The notes under the pieces were generated by a model. That model was not told where the DNA came from. It made no database searches and saw only the letters and a program-made list of their open reading frames with translations. A DNA stretch of 64,000 bases from Eledone cirrhosa (taxonomy: Eukaryota). This document shows, piece by piece, positions 61,840-64,000 of this stretch. The translations under genes were made by a program, and so were the position numbers. Numbering within the stretch: the first letter of the stretch is position 1; each line of letters opens with the position of its first letter. The stretch is from the NCBI GenBank assembly GCA_964016885.1, contig OZ024740.1, forward strand, positions 256,370,001 through 256,434,000. Reading direction: 5' to 3'.

Positions 61840-63405
61840 GATGATGATGATGGTAGTAATATAGTGATGATGGTGGTGATTGTGGTGATGATGGTGGTGA
61901 TTGTGGTGATGATGATGGTGGTGATTGTGGTGGTGATGATGGTGGTGATTGTGGTGATGATGGTGGTGATTGTGGTGATGATGATGGTGGTGATTGTGTT
62001 GATGATGGTGGTGATTGTGGTGGTGATGGTGGTGATTGTGGTGGTGATGGTGGTGATTGTGGTGGTGATGATGGTGGTGATTGTGGTGATGATGGTGGTG
62101 ATTATGGTGGTGATGGTGGTGATTGTGGTGGTGATGGTGGTGATTGTGGTGGTGATGATGGTGGTGATTGTGTTGATGATGGTGGTGATTGTGGTGGTGA
62201 TGGTGGTGATTGTGGTGGTGATGATGGTGGTGATTGTGGTGATGATGGTGGTGATTATGGTGGTGATGGTGGTGATTGTGGTGGTGATGGTGGTGATTGT
62301 GGTGGTGATGATGGTGGTGATTGTGGTGATGATGATGGTGGTGATTGTGGTGATGATGGTGGTGGTGATTGTGGTGGTGATGATGGTGGTGATTGTGGTG
62401 GTGATGGTGGTGGTGATTGTGGTGGTGATGATGGTGGTGATTGTGGTGGTGATGGTGGTGGTGATTGTGGTGGTGATGATGGTGGTGATTGTGGTGGTGA
62501 TGGTGGTGGTGATTGTGGTGATGATGATGGTGGTGATTGTGGTGATGATGGTGGTGATTATGGTGGTGATGGTGGTGGTGATTGTGGTGATGATGATGGT
62601 GGTGATTGTGGTGATGGTGGTGGTGATTATGGTGGTGATGGTGGTGGTGATTGTGGTGATGATGATGGTGGTGATTGTGTTGATGATGGTGGTGATTGTG
62701 GTGGTGATGGTGGTGATTGTGGTGGTGATGGTGGTGATTGTGGTGGTGATGATGGTGGTGATTGTGGTGATGATGATGGTGGTGATTGTGGTGATGATGG
62801 TGGTGGTGATTGTGGTGGTGATGATGGTGGTGATTGTGGTGGTGATGGTGGTGGTGATTGTGGTGGTGATGATGGTGGTGATTGTGGTGGTGATGGTGGT
62901 GGTGATTGTGGTGGTGATGATGGTGGTGATTGTGGTGGTGATGATGGTGGTGATTGTGGTGATGATGATGGTGATTGTGGTGGTGATGATGGTGGTGATC
63001 GTGGTGATGATGGTGGTGGTGATTGTGGTGGTGATGGTGGTGGTGATTGTGGTGGTGATGATGGTGGTGATTGTGGTGATGATGATGGTGATTGTGGTGG
63101 TGATGATGGTGGTGATCGTGGTGATGATGGTGGTGGTGATTGTGGTGGTGATGGTGGTGGTGATTGTGGTGGTGATGATGGTGGTGATCGTGGTGATGAT
63201 GGTGGTGGTGATTGTGGTGGTGATGATGGTGATTGTGGTGGTGATGATGATGGTGGTGATTGTGGTGATGATGGTGGTGGTGATTGTGGTGGTGGTGATG
63301 ATGGTGGTGATTGTGGTGGTGATGGTGGTGGTGATTGTGGTGGTGATGGTGGTGGTGATTGTGGTGGTGATGATGGTGGTGATTGTGGTGGTGATGATGG
63401 TGGTG
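61840..63405. repeat. GTG/ATG/ATT compound trinucleotide satellite (~18-24 bp units)
   Basis: GTGGTGATTGTGGTG(GTG/ATG)ATG units. Confidence 0.95.
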
Positions 63406-63509
63406 TTCGAGGACGATGATAATAGCTGTGGTGATGGTGATGGCAGAGATGATGAGAATGAGGATGGTGATGGTGAGGAGGATGATTATGATTATGAAGA
63501 TAATCGATA

Positions 63510-63636
63510 GTAAATAATATCAACCAACAATAATAATAGTGATAACAACAACAATAACTGAAACAATAACGATAACAACATCATTGGTAACAGCAATAAT
63601 CCTAATAATGATAACAACAACAACTATAACAGCAAC

Positions 63637-63692
<56 letters not shown>

Positions 63693-63712
63693 CTATAGCA
63701 ACAACAACAACA
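63510..63712. repeat. AAC/AAT low-complexity tract with pure (AAT)n
   Basis: Direct reading; (AAT)n ~63639-63690. Confidence 0.9.
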
Positions 63713-64000
63713 GTTAGCAAATTCGATCAGGACAAGGTAGTTTTAAACAAAGTTTTTCTTCCTTTTCAATTGACCTTTCCGATTGAGTTCTCTGCTTGAC
63801 CTCTCCTAAAATGACCTTCCACACCGAACTTTTATGATTGATTAGACTGAGTGTTTCTTATTTATGTCCCTCCCTCTGACAATATCAGTGGATATTTATG
63901 ATTCTCATTGGCTAAGGTCAATAGAAGTTTGGCACACATAGAACGTAAAACGTCTGTTAAATGTTTGCTTCACGTTCTGCTTCTGCTGAATGGTTGGTAC

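Noticed and set aside
61864-63523. 548-aa Val/Met ORF and 298-aa extensin-like SPP ORF
   Set aside because: Translations of a GTG/ATG satellite with no non-repetitive coding context.

Overview
Gene-free, repeat-saturated eukaryotic DNA. The SINE family and microsatellite density suggest an octopus or other coleoid cephalopod (inference only). (1) ~1.4-32.5 kb is a head-to-tail, same-strand array of seven L1-clade (Tx1-like) LINEs from several subfamilies, mostly joined through (ATT)n tails. One copy (2369-8498) has intact ORF1 and ORF2. All four copies that keep the ORF1/ORF2 boundary carry G|GTAAGT at the ORF1 stop. In copies 2 and 5 a 52-53 nt GT-AG intron would fuse ORF1 to ORF2 in frame, and the intact copy appears to be a chimera whose seam falls on a donor/acceptor pair. 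(2) 32.5-41.5 kb holds decayed R4/Dong, RTE, CRE-like and Tx1 fragments plus tRNA-SINEs. (3) 42.4-53 kb (and 1-1000) is (TA)n-rich, with a decayed Penelope-like element and many small palindromic or inverted-repeat elements, several carrying hammerhead ribozyme cores. (4) 53.7-63.4 kb is an 8 kb 30/33-bp CAA-rich minisatellite followed by an oppositely oriented GTG/ATG satellite; their giant ORFs are treated as artefacts. All calls were made by eye, without database searches or folding software; boundaries of decayed elements are approximate.
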